The notes: generated by a model from the letters alone, not told the origin. Counted from the stretch's first letter, positions 21,195 to 31,629 are shown. The stretch: 32,000 nt of DNA from Desulfocapsa sulfexigens DSM 10523 (GCF_000341395.1 NC_020304.1:1890001-1922000); one strand, 5' to 3'. Numbers and translations: made by a program.

Positions 21195-21218
21195 TTAAGT
21201 AATCTATAGTAATATTAG

Positions 21219-21250
21219 AAGGTCGTCCTTTTTGGGCGACCTTTTTTTTT
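21219..21250 (+). terminator. Rho-independent terminator after atpC
   Basis: GGTCGTCC-TTTTT-GGGCGACC followed by T9. Confidence 0.88.
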
Positions 21251-21306
21251 ACCTTTTTTGTATCAGTTTATTTGATATTGATAATCTATCTTTTTGAGGA
21301 GTATGT

Positions 21307-22728
21307 ATGAAAGCCAAGGAACGCATGGGCATAGCACGACAGATGCCAGTTGAAACGTCTCCAGCTAAGCGTGTGAAGAATTTTGATGAAATTGTTTCTG
21401 GATACAGTGAGTTTACAGCTATTCTTGAAGCAGAGCGCTGTCTCCAGTGCAAAAAACCTACCTGCATGAATGGCTGTCCTATTCATAATAATATACCAGG
21501 ATTTATTAAGCATCTGCGTGAAAAGAAGTTTGAAGAAGCATACTGGACTATTCGTGAGACCTCATCCATGCCTGCGATTTGCTCCAGAGTCTGTCCCCAC
21601 GAATTTCAATGTGAAGGGTTTTGTGTACGTGGCAAAGGAAAAGGACAATCTGTTGCTATTGGTATGCTTGAAAGATTTATTGTTGATTGGATGGTAGAGA
21701 ATAAGAAACCAATGGAGACTGCATGTGCTATTCCTGGTGATAAGAAGGTCGCTATTATTGGCTCAGGACCTGCAGGAATGACAGTTGCCTACTGGCTTGC
21801 CCATAAGGGAATTCCCTGTACAATTTTTGAAGCATTGCCAGTGTATGGCGGTATGCTTACCGTAGGCATCCCTCCATTTCGCCTCCCACGAGATATCATA
21901 AATGCAGAAATTGATGCTTTAAAGCATTGTGGGGTCACTCTTCATACCAACGTCGTTATTGGCAGAGATAAAACCATTGCCGATCTCAGAGCCGAAGGAT
22001 TCGATGCCATTTTTAATGGTGTTGGCGCCCATGCCAGTAGAAAGCTGGGGCTTGATGATGAAGAAACAACAGCCGGTGTTTTTCATGGAGTAGATTATCT
22101 GCGACGTGTAAATTTAGGTGAAAAGCTAGATCTTGGAAAGAAAGTGGTGGTTGTTGGTGGTGGAAATGTTGCCATTGATGTCGCCCGAACCTCGTTACGT
22201 CTTGGTTCTACAGATGTTTTTATTCTCTATAGACGATCCCGTGAAGAGATGCCTGCATCTTCAGCCGAAATTCATCACCTTGAAGAGGAAGGGGTTCGCA
22301 TTGAATTTCTTGCTGCTCCAGTAAAAATACATTCTGAGAATGGTAAACTGACTAAAGTTGAATGCGTTAGAATGGAACTCGGTGAACCCGATGATTCAGG
22401 TCGGCGTCGTCCTGTTGTCCAGGAAAATTCTAATTTTATGATCGAGGCAGACTCTATTGTTCCTGCTATCAGTCAGAATGTTGAGCATACTGCTATTACC
22501 GGAACAGATGTAGAACTCATGTCATGGGGTACCTTCGACACTGACGCCAGAACACTGCAGACGTCGTTGGAATATATGTTTGCTGGTGGTGACAATGTTC
22601 TAGGACCTCAAACAGTTGCTAAAGCTGTATACCAGGGAAAAGTCGCTGCGGAATCGATAGAACGGTATATTAATGGTCAGGATCTCAAAGAAGATAGAGA
22701 ATTCTTATGTGATCAAATTGATTGGTAA
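21307..22728 (+). CDS. NADPH-dependent glutamate synthase small-subunit-like / NfnB-GltA-type FeS flavoprotein
   Basis: N-terminal CLQCKKPTCMNGCPIHNNIPGFI and CSRVCPHEFQCEGFC cysteine motifs; two dinucleotide-binding motifs (VAIIGSGPAGMTVAYWLA; VVVVGGGNVAIDVARTSLRLG). Confidence 0.92.
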   Translation: MKAKERMGIARQMPVETSPAKRVKNFDEIVSGYSEFTAILEAERCLQCKKPTCMNGCPIHNNIPGFIKHLREKKFEEAYWTIRETSSMPAICSRVCPHEFQCEGFCVRGKGKGQSVAIGMLERFIVDWMVENKKPMETACAIPGDKKVAIIGSGPAGMTVAYWLAHKGIPCTIFEALPVYGGMLTVGIPPFRLPRDIINAEIDALKHCGVTLHTNVVIGRDKTIADLRAEGFDAIFNGVGAHASRKLGLDDEETTAGVFHGVDYLRRVNLGEKLDLGKKVVVVGGGNVAIDVARTSLRLGSTDVFILYRRSREEMPASSAEIHHLEEEGVRIEFLAAPVKIHSENGKLTKVECVRMELGEPDDSGRRRPVVQENSNFMIEADSIVPAISQNVEHTAITGTDVELMSWGTFDTDARTLQTSLEYMFAGGDNVLGPQTVAKAVYQGKVAAESIERYINGQDLKEDREFLCDQIDW

Positions 22729-22846
22729 CTCAGTAACTGATCAGAAATATGGTTCTGTATTCTTTCAGCGGGTTGATCTGATCTGTGTCAAAGGCCTTAC
22801 ATTCCATTGGAATTTAAGGCCTTGTCGTATTACTGAATCAGTTTTT

Positions 22847-24703
22847 CTAAAGGCTTGCTGCAGTGGAATGGATATAACTCTGTACGCCTGAGACGATATC
22901 TTCGGCGATCATATTTAGAAATGTATCTGTACTGAGGTTTTTTGATTCCTTGGGGTTTGTAATGAAAGCGACTTCTATCAGAATGGCTGGCATTTCAGCA
23001 CCAATCAAGACATAAAATGGTGCCTGTTTGACACCAAGATCCTTGAACTTCTTCTTTTGCTGACCCTCCATCCCGTTACACAATGAATTATGAACAAATC
23101 CTGCAAGTCTTGAGGATTCGTTTATTTTCGAATTCTTTAGAATATCAGAAAGAATATCCTGTAGGTCACTCATCTGGTGAGTTGATGTGGCATTCTCAAA
23201 GGCTGCAACCCGCATAGCCTCGGCATTTGTAGAAAGATTAAGGTAGTAGGTTTCCAAACCATGAACCTTCGGGGAATGATGGGCATTGATGTGAAGGGAA
23301 ATAAAAAGATCTGCCTCGTTGGTGTTGGCAATTGCAGTTCGTTCTTCAAGTGGAATAAAGACATCGGTATCACGGGTGAGAATAACCTCTGCGCCTGTTT
23401 CTTTAGATAAAATAGGAGCGAGTTTTTGAGCGATTTCGAGGACAATATTTTTTTCTTTTAAACCAAAAGCTGAGGCACCGGGATCTTTACCGCCATGTCC
23501 AGGATCAATAATTATTTTCCTTACTCCAAGTCCGAGTTGTTGAGCTAGTGAAAGTTGCTTTTCAGCTATCTCCTCAACATTCTTTTTTGGGCTGGCCTTT
23601 TCTATAGTGTTTTCTGAAGCGGCGATTTCTTTGGTGGCGTTTACTCTGATCTTTTTAAAATCTTCTAGAATGGTAATTTGTTCTACAGTACTGTCTTCAA
23701 TACTACTGGAGGGTATCTCTGATGCAACCTGAACTGGTGGTTTCGGAATGTTTTTAGCAGGCTTGGTAGTTGCATTTGACGCTTCACCTCGAACATCAAT
23801 AACCACGCGAAAGGGATCCGGCAGACTGAATATCTTGTAGTCTGAGATAGATTCTATATCCAGGACCACACGAACAACTTCAGGAGTGAACTGACCGGTT
23901 CTGATTTGCTTTAGGAGACCATCTTCAATGGGAACAGGTGCTCGATATTTTGGTTCTATATAAGATTGTTGAAAATCAAGATACAATCTTCTTGGTTTAG
24001 TGCCGTTTTTTTCTAAAAGTGTCTCCTGATATCGGACTGGGCCGGATGCATTAATAACAACACGAGTGTAGTTATTATTAGACCAATATTTTACAGGGAG
24101 CACGTAGTTAAGGTTCCCCAGATAGGTGCTCTTAAGCATGGCATCGGGTAAGGGGATGTTGTGTTCCTGGGAAATCATTTTGAGTTTATCGGATGCGTGA
24201 CTGTACATATCACCATTTCGATAATCTGCTATAATTCTGGTGTAATGAACCGCAGCCTTTTGAGGGTCATTTTTTTTATTCAGATAAAGGTTTCCAACGG
24301 CAAGGAGTGCATCGTCAGCAAGACTGTTCTTTGGGAACAGATCAGAGACATCAGAATAATAGGATAGTGATTCCTGAAGATCCAATTCGTTGTTAAAACG
24401 ACGATACATTTTGGCGTACATCCGGCCGAGCATATAGAGACTTGGTGCTGCAAAATAGGATTTTGGACTGCTTAGATAAATTTTCCTGAAATTTCGTACC
24501 CCGTTTAACCAGTTATCGCGAGAAGTACCTAATGTACTGTTGGTATGAAGCTCGTTGTAATAAAATTTTGCCTGCTGGTAACGTTTTTCGAGATTGGAAA
24601 AATCAGAGGAATCTGGCTCAATCTCGGCTGCTGGAGACAAACCTGCAGATAGAAAATAGCTGAAGAAAAGTAAAAGAAAGAAAGATATGAAAAGTTTAAC
24701 CAT
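22847..24703 (-). CDS. N-acetylmuramoyl-L-alanine amidase (Amidase_3) with N-terminal TPR-like and AMIN domains
   Basis: Signal peptide; TPR-like repeats; VVINASGPVRYQETLLEKNGTKPRRLYLDFQQS AMIN-like region; IIIDPGHGGKDPGASAFGLKEKNIVLEIA ... LFISLHINAHHS ... PAILIEVAFITNPKE. Confidence 0.95.
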   Translation of the reverse strand: MVKLFISFFLLLFFSYFLSAGLSPAAEIEPDSSDFSNLEKRYQQAKFYYNELHTNSTLGTSRDNWLNGVRNFRKIYLSSPKSYFAAPSLYMLGRMYAKMYRRFNNELDLQESLSYYSDVSDLFPKNSLADDALLAVGNLYLNKKNDPQKAAVHYTRIIADYRNGDMYSHASDKLKMISQEHNIPLPDAMLKSTYLGNLNYVLPVKYWSNNNYTRVVINASGPVRYQETLLEKNGTKPRRLYLDFQQSYIEPKYRAPVPIEDGLLKQIRTGQFTPEVVRVVLDIESISDYKIFSLPDPFRVVIDVRGEASNATTKPAKNIPKPPVQVASEIPSSSIEDSTVEQITILEDFKKIRVNATKEIAASENTIEKASPKKNVEEIAEKQLSLAQQLGLGVRKIIIDPGHGGKDPGASAFGLKEKNIVLEIAQKLAPILSKETGAEVILTRDTDVFIPLEERTAIANTNEADLFISLHINAHHSPKVHGLETYYLNLSTNAEAMRVAAFENATSTHQMSDLQDILSDILKNSKINESSRLAGFVHNSLCNGMEGQQKKKFKDLGVKQAPFYVLIGAEMPAILIEVAFITNPKESKNLSTDTFLNMIAEDIVSGVQSYIHSTAASL

Positions 24704-24892
24704 TACTTGCTGTTAGGTGCCTGGGTGGTCTCGTCGGGTATGAATGTTAATCAGCATAAATCGAAATAATTGATATCATTTGCTATATTTACGGGAGTAT
24801 ACCTAAAAGATATCCTGAAGGCAAAAGAAAATATGCATATAAGCTCTGAAAAGGTCAATAAAATAAGGGATTGAAAAAAATTAAGAGTCGTA

Positions 24893-27562
24893 TTACTTCA
24901 GGTGCTTCATAAGTTCGTAGATAAGATCAAGCGCCTGACGGGGGCTGAGGTCGTCGACGCTAATATTTTGGAGCAGTGTACGTAATGGATCCTGTTGAGC
25001 TGGAGGGAAGAGAGATAACTGGTTAGGATGTTTTTTACCACGGGGTTTTCGGGGATTAGAACTTTTAGCGATGCTTGGTGTCCCGTCGTGATTGAATTCT
25101 CCTTGTTCAATGTTTTTAAGAATCTCTCCAGCACGCCTGACGACACGCTCTGGGACTCCGGCAAGGCCAGCAACCTGAATACCATAGGAACGATTGGTTC
25201 CACCTTTCACAAGTTTGTGGAGAAAGATAATGGTGTCGTTCCATTCACGAACTGCAATGGAGTAGTTTCGGACCCTTTCCTCGGTCCTGGCAAGGTCGGT
25301 GAGCTCGTGATAATGTGTAGCAAAGAGGGTTTTGACGCCTTTATTGTTTTTTTGAACAAGATCCTCTGCTACTGCCCACGCTATGGAGAGGCCATCAAAA
25401 GTTGAGGTGCCTCGGCCGATTTCATCAAGAATGACCAGGCTTTTTTCGGTAGCATTGTTGAGAATATTGGCGGTTTCGTTCATCTCAACCATAAACGTTG
25501 ACTGACCACGTCTGAGATCATCCATGGCTCCGACTCGAGTAAAGATCCTGTCAACGACACCAATGGAAGCTTCTTTTGCTGGAACAAAGGAACCCATTTG
25601 TGCCATAAGGACAATGAGTGCTGTTTGACGGAGGATGGTGGATTTTCCAGCCATATTGGGACCGGTTATAATAAGCACTTCTTCTGTTTCCTGATCAAGG
25701 TGTACATCATTGGGGACAAATTTGCCATTCGGGAGAGATCGTTCAATGACAGGATGTCTCCCCTCAATGATGTCGATAGAATCGCCGTTGTTAACTTCTG
25801 GGCACTTGTAGCGATAAAGGTGAGCAACCTCGGCAAGGCAGACTAGAAAATCAGTTTTGGCGAGTAATGCGCCACTTTTTAATAGCCGTGAACTTTCGCT
25901 GGCGAGTTGGGAGCGAATTTCAACGAAGAGTTGGTATTCGAGTTCGAGCCGTCTATCCTGAGCACCAAGCACCTTTGTTTCAAACTCCTTGAGTTCAGGT
26001 GTGATAAAGCGTTCTGCGTTGACAAGGGTTTGTTTTCGAATATAGGTATCGGGGACATTGGCGGACTGGAGTCGGCTTACTTCGATGAAATAGCCAAAGA
26101 CCTTATTAAATCCGACTTTAAGTTTTGCTATACCCGTGGCGTTGCGCTCCTGACTTTCGAGATCAAGGATAAGTTGTCTGCCGTGGCGCTGAATATGCAT
26201 CAGTTCGTCGAGTTCTTCGTTGTACCCTTCCTTTATCAATCGTCCTTCCCTGAGGGTGATGGGGGCTTCTTCATGAATGGTGTTTTCGAGGAGTTGGTGG
26301 AGATCTGCAAGAACATCCAGGTCTTCTCCAATTTTCCGTATATGCTCTGCATCACATTGGAGTAGCAGTTCCCTGATGGCAGGGAGTTTCGCAAGAGATT
26401 GTTTTAACGCAAGCATGTCACGACCATTTCCGTTTCCCAGGACCATACGACTGTTTAGTCGTTCAACGTCATAGATGGTGGTGAGAAGTTCCCGGAAGGT
26501 ATTGCGGATGGCTGTGTGGCCATAAAGAAACCGTACAGCACCAAGACGTGCGTTAATGCGTTCAACGTTCTGAAGGGGAAAGAGAATTTCCTGCTTGAGC
26601 ATTCTGGCACCCATCGGTGTGCAGCTGTGGTCAAGAACAGAAAGGAGGGAGCCCTCACGCTGAGACCCTATAATTGTCTGGGTGAGTTCAAGGTTTCTTC
26701 TGGATGAGTCGTCAATCTGAAGGATAAGCTCAAGATCAATTGGAGTGAGTTTCTCTATATGGCTGATGTCACTTTTCTGCGTTTCAATGACATAGTCAAG
26801 GAGGACTCCGGCTGCAATGACTCCCTGTTTTAATGTGTTGCAGCCAAATCCCGCTAAATTGTTTACCTTAAAATGTTCAATGAGAAGCTCTTCACAGCTT
26901 GAAAAATGAAACTGAGTTGCAGGGCGCTGGGTGACACATAAGCCGGGAAGAAGGGTGGTGGCTGTATCGACCAGACCTCCAATGAGATCGAGGTCGTTTT
27001 CATTTACCAGCAATTCTGCAGGTGTCATGCGGGTGAGCTGGTCGAGGATGCTTTCACCATTGTTGGTAGTGTCTAGAAATTCACCTAAGAGAAATGCACC
27101 TGTACTGAGATCAAGAAAACTGATTCCGTAAAGAGTGTCATTTCCTTTACCTTTACAGCAGATTGCAGCAACATAGAGGTTGTCCTTGTCATCAAGAATT
27201 CCGGAATCTACTACCACCCCAGGGGAGACGACACGAACTACTTCACGGCGCACTATGCCCTTGGCTTCACTGGGATTTTCTGTTTGTTCACAGATTGCAA
27301 CACGGCGTCCTGCCTTAACAAGTTTCGCAAGGTATCCGCTTGCTGCATGATAGGGAATGCCACACATGGGAACTTTATTGGTAGCGTCTTTACTGTTTCG
27401 CGATGTCAGGGTTATTCCGAGAATTTTTGAAGCAACCGCAGCATCTTCAAAAAACATTTCATAAAAATCGCCCATCCTGTAAAAGAGAATAGCATCTTGA
27501 TATTGCTCCTTGATTTCAAGGTACTGTTGGAGCATGGGAGTGATTTTTGGAGCTTTAGTCAT
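24893..27562 (-). CDS. mutS: DNA mismatch repair protein MutS
   Basis: MTKAPKITPMLQQYLEIKEQYQDAILFYRMGDFYEMFFEDA; VLIITGPNMAGKSTILRQTALIVLMAQMGSFVPA; LVILDEIGRGTSTFDGLSIAWA. Start at 27562 preferred over 27658. Confidence 0.98.
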   Translation of the reverse strand: MTKAPKITPMLQQYLEIKEQYQDAILFYRMGDFYEMFFEDAAVASKILGITLTSRNSKDATNKVPMCGIPYHAASGYLAKLVKAGRRVAICEQTENPSEAKGIVRREVVRVVSPGVVVDSGILDDKDNLYVAAICCKGKGNDTLYGISFLDLSTGAFLLGEFLDTTNNGESILDQLTRMTPAELLVNENDLDLIGGLVDTATTLLPGLCVTQRPATQFHFSSCEELLIEHFKVNNLAGFGCNTLKQGVIAAGVLLDYVIETQKSDISHIEKLTPIDLELILQIDDSSRRNLELTQTIIGSQREGSLLSVLDHSCTPMGARMLKQEILFPLQNVERINARLGAVRFLYGHTAIRNTFRELLTTIYDVERLNSRMVLGNGNGRDMLALKQSLAKLPAIRELLLQCDAEHIRKIGEDLDVLADLHQLLENTIHEEAPITLREGRLIKEGYNEELDELMHIQRHGRQLILDLESQERNATGIAKLKVGFNKVFGYFIEVSRLQSANVPDTYIRKQTLVNAERFITPELKEFETKVLGAQDRRLELEYQLFVEIRSQLASESSRLLKSGALLAKTDFLVCLAEVAHLYRYKCPEVNNGDSIDIIEGRHPVIERSLPNGKFVPNDVHLDQETEEVLIITGPNMAGKSTILRQTALIVLMAQMGSFVPAKEASIGVVDRIFTRVGAMDDLRRGQSTFMVEMNETANILNNATEKSLVILDEIGRGTSTFDGLSIAWAVAEDLVQKNNKGVKTLFATHYHELTDLARTEERVRNYSIAVREWNDTIIFLHKLVKGGTNRSYGIQVAGLAGVPERVVRRAGEILKNIEQGEFNHDGTPSIAKSSNPRKPRGKKHPNQLSLFPPAQQDPLRTLLQNISVDDLSPRQALDLIYELMKHLK

Positions 27563-28070
27563 TGTTTCCTGTTGTGTCTTTAAGAAGTTTCTGAAAAGGG
27601 GGGAGAAGTTTGTCAAATGTAGTCTGGAGATGCTCAGGAATTGAGCGAACATCTGCAAGTACCGTCATAAAGTTGTGATCTCCTTCCCAGCGTGGAACAA
27701 TATGAAAATGGAGGTGATCTGCAATACCAGCTCCTGCAACACTGCCAAGATTGCACCCAATGTTGAGGCCATCTGGATGTAAAAACTCACGGAGTATTTG
27801 GGTGGCCTCTGAAACCATGGCCATGAGGGAGTCTCGTTCGGACTTGTTCAATTCGGTGATACAGGCAATGTGTCTCGTTGGTGCAATTAATAGATGGCCA
27901 TTGCTGTATGGGTATCTGTTTAGGAGAACGATGTCTTTCTGGTCCCGATAGAGCAACAACGATTCCCTGTCGAAAGAGGCTGTGCCCGGTGGTTCAAAGA
28001 GACAACCAGTAATTTTGGCTGTTTTTCCTTGGACATGCTCCATGCGCCAGGGCGCCATAAGTGTTCTCAT
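27555..28070 (-). CDS. HIT-family (histidine triad) hydrolase
   Basis: Core NRYPYSNGHLLIAPTRHI ... DHLHFHIVPRWEGDHNFM (HxHxH); likely start MRTLMAPWRMEHV at 28070; N-terminal 60 aa of the ORF-track version overlap the upstream gene. Confidence 0.92.
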   Translation of the reverse strand: MRTLMAPWRMEHVQGKTAKITGCLFEPPGTASFDRESLLLYRDQKDIVLLNRYPYSNGHLLIAPTRHIACITELNKSERDSLMAMVSEATQILREFLHPDGLNIGCNLGSVAGAGIADHLHFHIVPRWEGDHNFMTVLADVRSIPEHLQTTFDKLLPPFQKLLKDTTGNND

Positions 28071-28567
28071 AACCACGGGTCGGCTAGCCGATGAAGGGAA
28101 GCATTTAAGCCCTTTTCGTCGATGGTGAGAATAGCATAACTTCCAGGAGCTCCATAACGACCACTGTTTGAGAAGGAACCGGGATTGACAAAGAGTGTCT
28201 TGGCCAGGCGATGATTTACGGCGATATGGGTATGACCATAAACAATACAATCAGCGACTGGGAAGAGACTCCACATGCGTTCTTCAATGGTATGTCTTAC
28301 TCCGGCACCGTGGCAAAGGCCGATACTGTATCCCTCAATAGTGATTGTTTTATCAGTGGGGAGGGTGCGGTATGAGGAGGTGTCACACATGTTTCCATGA
28401 ACCGCATGTACTTCTTTTCCTTCAAAGGCAGTAAGAATAGAGATGTCAGTAAGATCACCGGCGTGGAGAATTATGGAACAGTCACCAAAGGCGAGTTGCA
28501 CTTGTTGTAGAAACCATGGTGAGGGGCTGGTGAGGTGGGTGTCTGAAAGAATGCCAATGCGGGTCAC
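28067..28567 (-). CDS. YfcE/MJ0936-type metallophosphoesterase
   Basis: MTRIGILSDTHLTS ... ILHAGDLTD ... VHGNMCD ... YGHTHIAVNHR ... FVNPGSFSNSG. Confidence 0.93.
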   Translation of the reverse strand: MTRIGILSDTHLTSPSPWFLQQVQLAFGDCSIILHAGDLTDISILTAFEGKEVHAVHGNMCDTSSYRTLPTDKTITIEGYSIGLCHGAGVRHTIEERMWSLFPVADCIVYGHTHIAVNHRLAKTLFVNPGSFSNSGRYGAPGSYAILTIDEKGLNASLHRLADPWL

Positions 28568-28764
28568 GGAAAAATAATCTCCTTTTTTTTGTTTTCCTTC
28601 GGCTTGTGAGTTACAGGGTGGTGATTATTATAACGTGAAGCAGGTGACGAAGCACCTGAAAAATTTTTCTTTTTCACCAGTACCTGATAGACTTTTAAAA
28701 AGTTTGTTTTGGATAAAAAGGATTCTGAATATATTCGTACTAACTGTGCAGGAGTTAATCATAT

Positions 28765-31179
28765 ATGGAAAATAAAAATGCAGACCATGTTGAAGCTGAA
28801 GTGATAAATGAAGGTGGTGCAAATAAAGATATTGCTCTGCCAAGTCAGATTTTCCCCAAACATCTTTATCTTATTCCTATTGCCAGTCGGCCGTTTTTTC
28901 CGGGGCAGGTTCAGCCTATTGTGTTATCCGGAGAGTACTGGAGGGAAACCATACAAAAGATTGGTGAAACTGAACAGAAGCTGGTGGGGTTGGTTTATAC
29001 CAGCAATATTCCTGCTCAGAATACTGCTCCCGAGGATTTTGCCAAAATAGGGTGTGTGGGAAAAATTCTTAAACCCTCCATGGAAGAGTCTAATATTCAT
29101 TTTATCTGCCAGGGCATGCGTCGTTTTCGTATTAAGCGCTGGCTCGATACTAAGGTTCCGTTTCTGGTTGAGGTAGAGTATCCCGATGAAGATCAGGGAA
29201 CTACTATAAATAATATCGAGACCAGGGCCTACGCCCTCTCTATCATTGCAGCGGTAAAAGAATTGGTGCATGCCAATCCATTACATGGCGAAGAGTTGAA
29301 GCAGGCTTTGCAGTATTTTTCACCCAGTGAGCCGGCCCCCCTTACCGATTTCGCAGCAACTCTCACTACGGCCACCGGGGATGAATTGCAGAAGGTTCTT
29401 GCGACTCTGCCGATTTTGAAACGGATGCAGCGGGTATTTCCTCTGCTCCAGAAAGAGGTTGAAATCACAAAGCTTCATGGTGAAATCAGTAAGGATGTAA
29501 ACACCAAAATTACGCAACGGCAACGACAGTTTTTTTTGAAGGAACAGTTGAAGACCATACAGAAGGAGCTGGGTATCACCAAGGATGATCGTAAGTCTGA
29601 CGCTGAAGAATTTGAAAAGCGGATCGAAAAATTGACTCTTCCCGAGGCTGTGGCCGAACGTGTCGAGGATGAACTGAAGAAATTAAGCTTTCTTGAAAAA
29701 GGATCTCAGGAATATGCGGTGACCAGGAATTATCTGGATTGGATGACCTCTGTTCCCTGGGGTGTTTTTTCCAGAGATAAGCTTGGAATAAAAGAAGCAA
29801 GAGAGATTCTTGATCGGGACCATGATGGACTTGAGGATGTGAAGGACAGAATAATAGAATTCCTGGCCGTTGGAGCGTATAAAAAAGAGATAGCAGGATC
29901 CATCATGCTGCTTGTCGGCCCGCCAGGTGTCGGGAAGACATCTATTGGTCATTCTGTTGCCGATGCTATGGGAAGAGAGTTTTATCGCTTCAGTCTTGGC
30001 GGTATGCGGGATGAGGCGGAAATTAAAGGACATCGACGCACCTATATTGGATCCATGCCCGGAAAGTTTGTGCAGGCTCTCAAGGTGGTGAAGACCTCTA
30101 ATCCAGTGATTATGCTTGATGAAATTGATAAGATTGGCGCCTCGTTCCACGGAGATCCAGCCTCTGCCTTGCTTGAGGTGCTCGACCCCGAACAGAACGC
30201 TGATTTTCTGGATCACTATCTTGACCTCCGGGTGGATCTTTCAAAGGTTCTCTTTATATGTACCGCCAATCAGCTTGACACTATCCCCGGGCCATTGCTT
30301 GATCGGATGGAAATCATCCGTCTTTCAGGATATATAACTGAAGAAAAAATTACTATTGCCAGGAATCATCTTTGGCCGAAGGCATTGCAAAAAGCCGGGT
30401 TGAAAAAGAAACAATTGAAGATCAGTGATGCCGCCTTGAGGCTTCTTGTCGAAGGATATGCTCGAGAGGCTGGCGTCCGTAAAACAGAAAAGCATCTGTT
30501 GAAGATTGTGCGGAAAGCTGTAGTTCGGTTTCTTGAAGATCCTGAGCTTCTTCTTTCGGTAACTGTAAACAACATCGAAGATTTCTTAGGAAAGCCATTT
30601 TTTAAAAAGACATCCCGCATCGAGGGCATAGGGGTTATTACAGGACTTGCCTGGACTGCCCTGGGCGGAGTCACTCTTGCCGTGGAGGCTACAGCTGTGC
30701 CAAGTGAGCGTACGGGGTTTAAGCAAACCGGGCAGCTCGGTGATGTAATGCGGGAATCTTCTGAAATAGCCTACAGTTTTTTGCTGTCCAATGCTGCACG
30801 GTATGGAGTCAATAAGGAGTTTTTTAAGAAACATTTTATTCATCTCCATGTTCCTGAAGGGGCCACGCCAAAAGATGGTCCAAGTGCTGGTGTGACTATG
30901 GCATCTGCTTTGCTCAGCCTTGGTATGGGAAAAAAGGTTAAACGGAATCTTGCAATGACAGGAGAGTTAACCCTTACTGGGATAGTACTCCCGGTTGGAG
31001 GTATTAAGGAAAAGGTGATCGCGTCTAAACGAAATGGTATTAACGAATTGATCTTACCGGAGGCGAACCGTGATGATTTTGAAACTCTGCCCGACTACAT
31101 TAAGGAAGGATTCACGGTGCATTTTGCTGAAAAGTATGATCAGGTTGCAAAGGTGATCCTGTCGGCATTGAAAGGCTGA
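28765..31179 (+). CDS. lon: ATP-dependent protease Lon
   Basis: LLVGPPGVGKTSIGHSVADAMGREFYRFSLGGMRDEAEIKGHRRTYIGSMPGK; catalytic PEGATPKDGPSAGVTMASALLSL. Confidence 0.98.
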   Translation: MENKNADHVEAEVINEGGANKDIALPSQIFPKHLYLIPIASRPFFPGQVQPIVLSGEYWRETIQKIGETEQKLVGLVYTSNIPAQNTAPEDFAKIGCVGKILKPSMEESNIHFICQGMRRFRIKRWLDTKVPFLVEVEYPDEDQGTTINNIETRAYALSIIAAVKELVHANPLHGEELKQALQYFSPSEPAPLTDFAATLTTATGDELQKVLATLPILKRMQRVFPLLQKEVEITKLHGEISKDVNTKITQRQRQFFLKEQLKTIQKELGITKDDRKSDAEEFEKRIEKLTLPEAVAERVEDELKKLSFLEKGSQEYAVTRNYLDWMTSVPWGVFSRDKLGIKEAREILDRDHDGLEDVKDRIIEFLAVGAYKKEIAGSIMLLVGPPGVGKTSIGHSVADAMGREFYRFSLGGMRDEAEIKGHRRTYIGSMPGKFVQALKVVKTSNPVIMLDEIDKIGASFHGDPASALLEVLDPEQNADFLDHYLDLRVDLSKVLFICTANQLDTIPGPLLDRMEIIRLSGYITEEKITIARNHLWPKALQKAGLKKKQLKISDAALRLLVEGYAREAGVRKTEKHLLKIVRKAVVRFLEDPELLLSVTVNNIEDFLGKPFFKKTSRIEGIGVITGLAWTALGGVTLAVEATAVPSERTGFKQTGQLGDVMRESSEIAYSFLLSNAARYGVNKEFFKKHFIHLHVPEGATPKDGPSAGVTMASALLSLGMGKKVKRNLAMTGELTLTGIVLPVGGIKEKVIASKRNGINELILPEANRDDFETLPDYIKEGFTVHFAEKYDQVAKVILSALKG

Positions 31180-31182
31180 GGA

Positions 31183-31629
31183 ATGAAGAAGACAAGTAGA
31201 AATAACATATTACTGGCTCTCTTTGCCTTGGTTATTTACCTGCTGGCACAGCAGGGGGAAAATTTTTCAGACATTGCCACTGTCGTTCCCGGGGGATCTG
31301 AAACGACAGTGGAAGCAGCCTTTGCCAATCAGCAAAGTGATTTACAGATTCAGGGTCGTGGGATTGTGAAAAAGGTTCTTCCTGATGATCGTGAGGGGAC
31401 GCAGCATCAAAAGTTTATTTTACAGGTAGATCCTGACCAGACAGTACTTGTGGCCCATAATATTGATGTGGCGGCCAGACTGGAAGGGCTGGAAGCAGGG
31501 GACACCGTGGAGTTCTATGGTGAGTATGAGTGGACAGCACAGGGTGGTGTTATTCATTGGACGCATCGTGATTTAGATGGCCGTCACACAGACGGTTGGT
31601 TGAGATATAATGGAAAAACATACCAGTAG
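31183..31629 (+). CDS. DUF3465-family secreted/membrane-anchored protein
   Basis: N-terminal hydrophobic segment; GRGIVKKVLPDDREGTQHQKFILQ ... LVAHNIDVAARLEGLEAGDTVEFYGEYEWTAQGGVIHWTHRDLDGRHTDGWL. Confidence 0.82.
   Translation: MKKTSRNNILLALFALVIYLLAQQGENFSDIATVVPGGSETTVEAAFANQQSDLQIQGRGIVKKVLPDDREGTQHQKFILQVDPDQTVLVAHNIDVAARLEGLEAGDTVEFYGEYEWTAQGGVIHWTHRDLDGRHTDGWLRYNGKTYQ

Noticed and set aside
28634-28665. CAGGTGacgaagCACCTG followed by AAAAATTTTTC upstream of lon as a terminator
   Set aside because: Only a 6-bp stem with a mixed A/T tail; too weak to call a terminator or heat-shock element.
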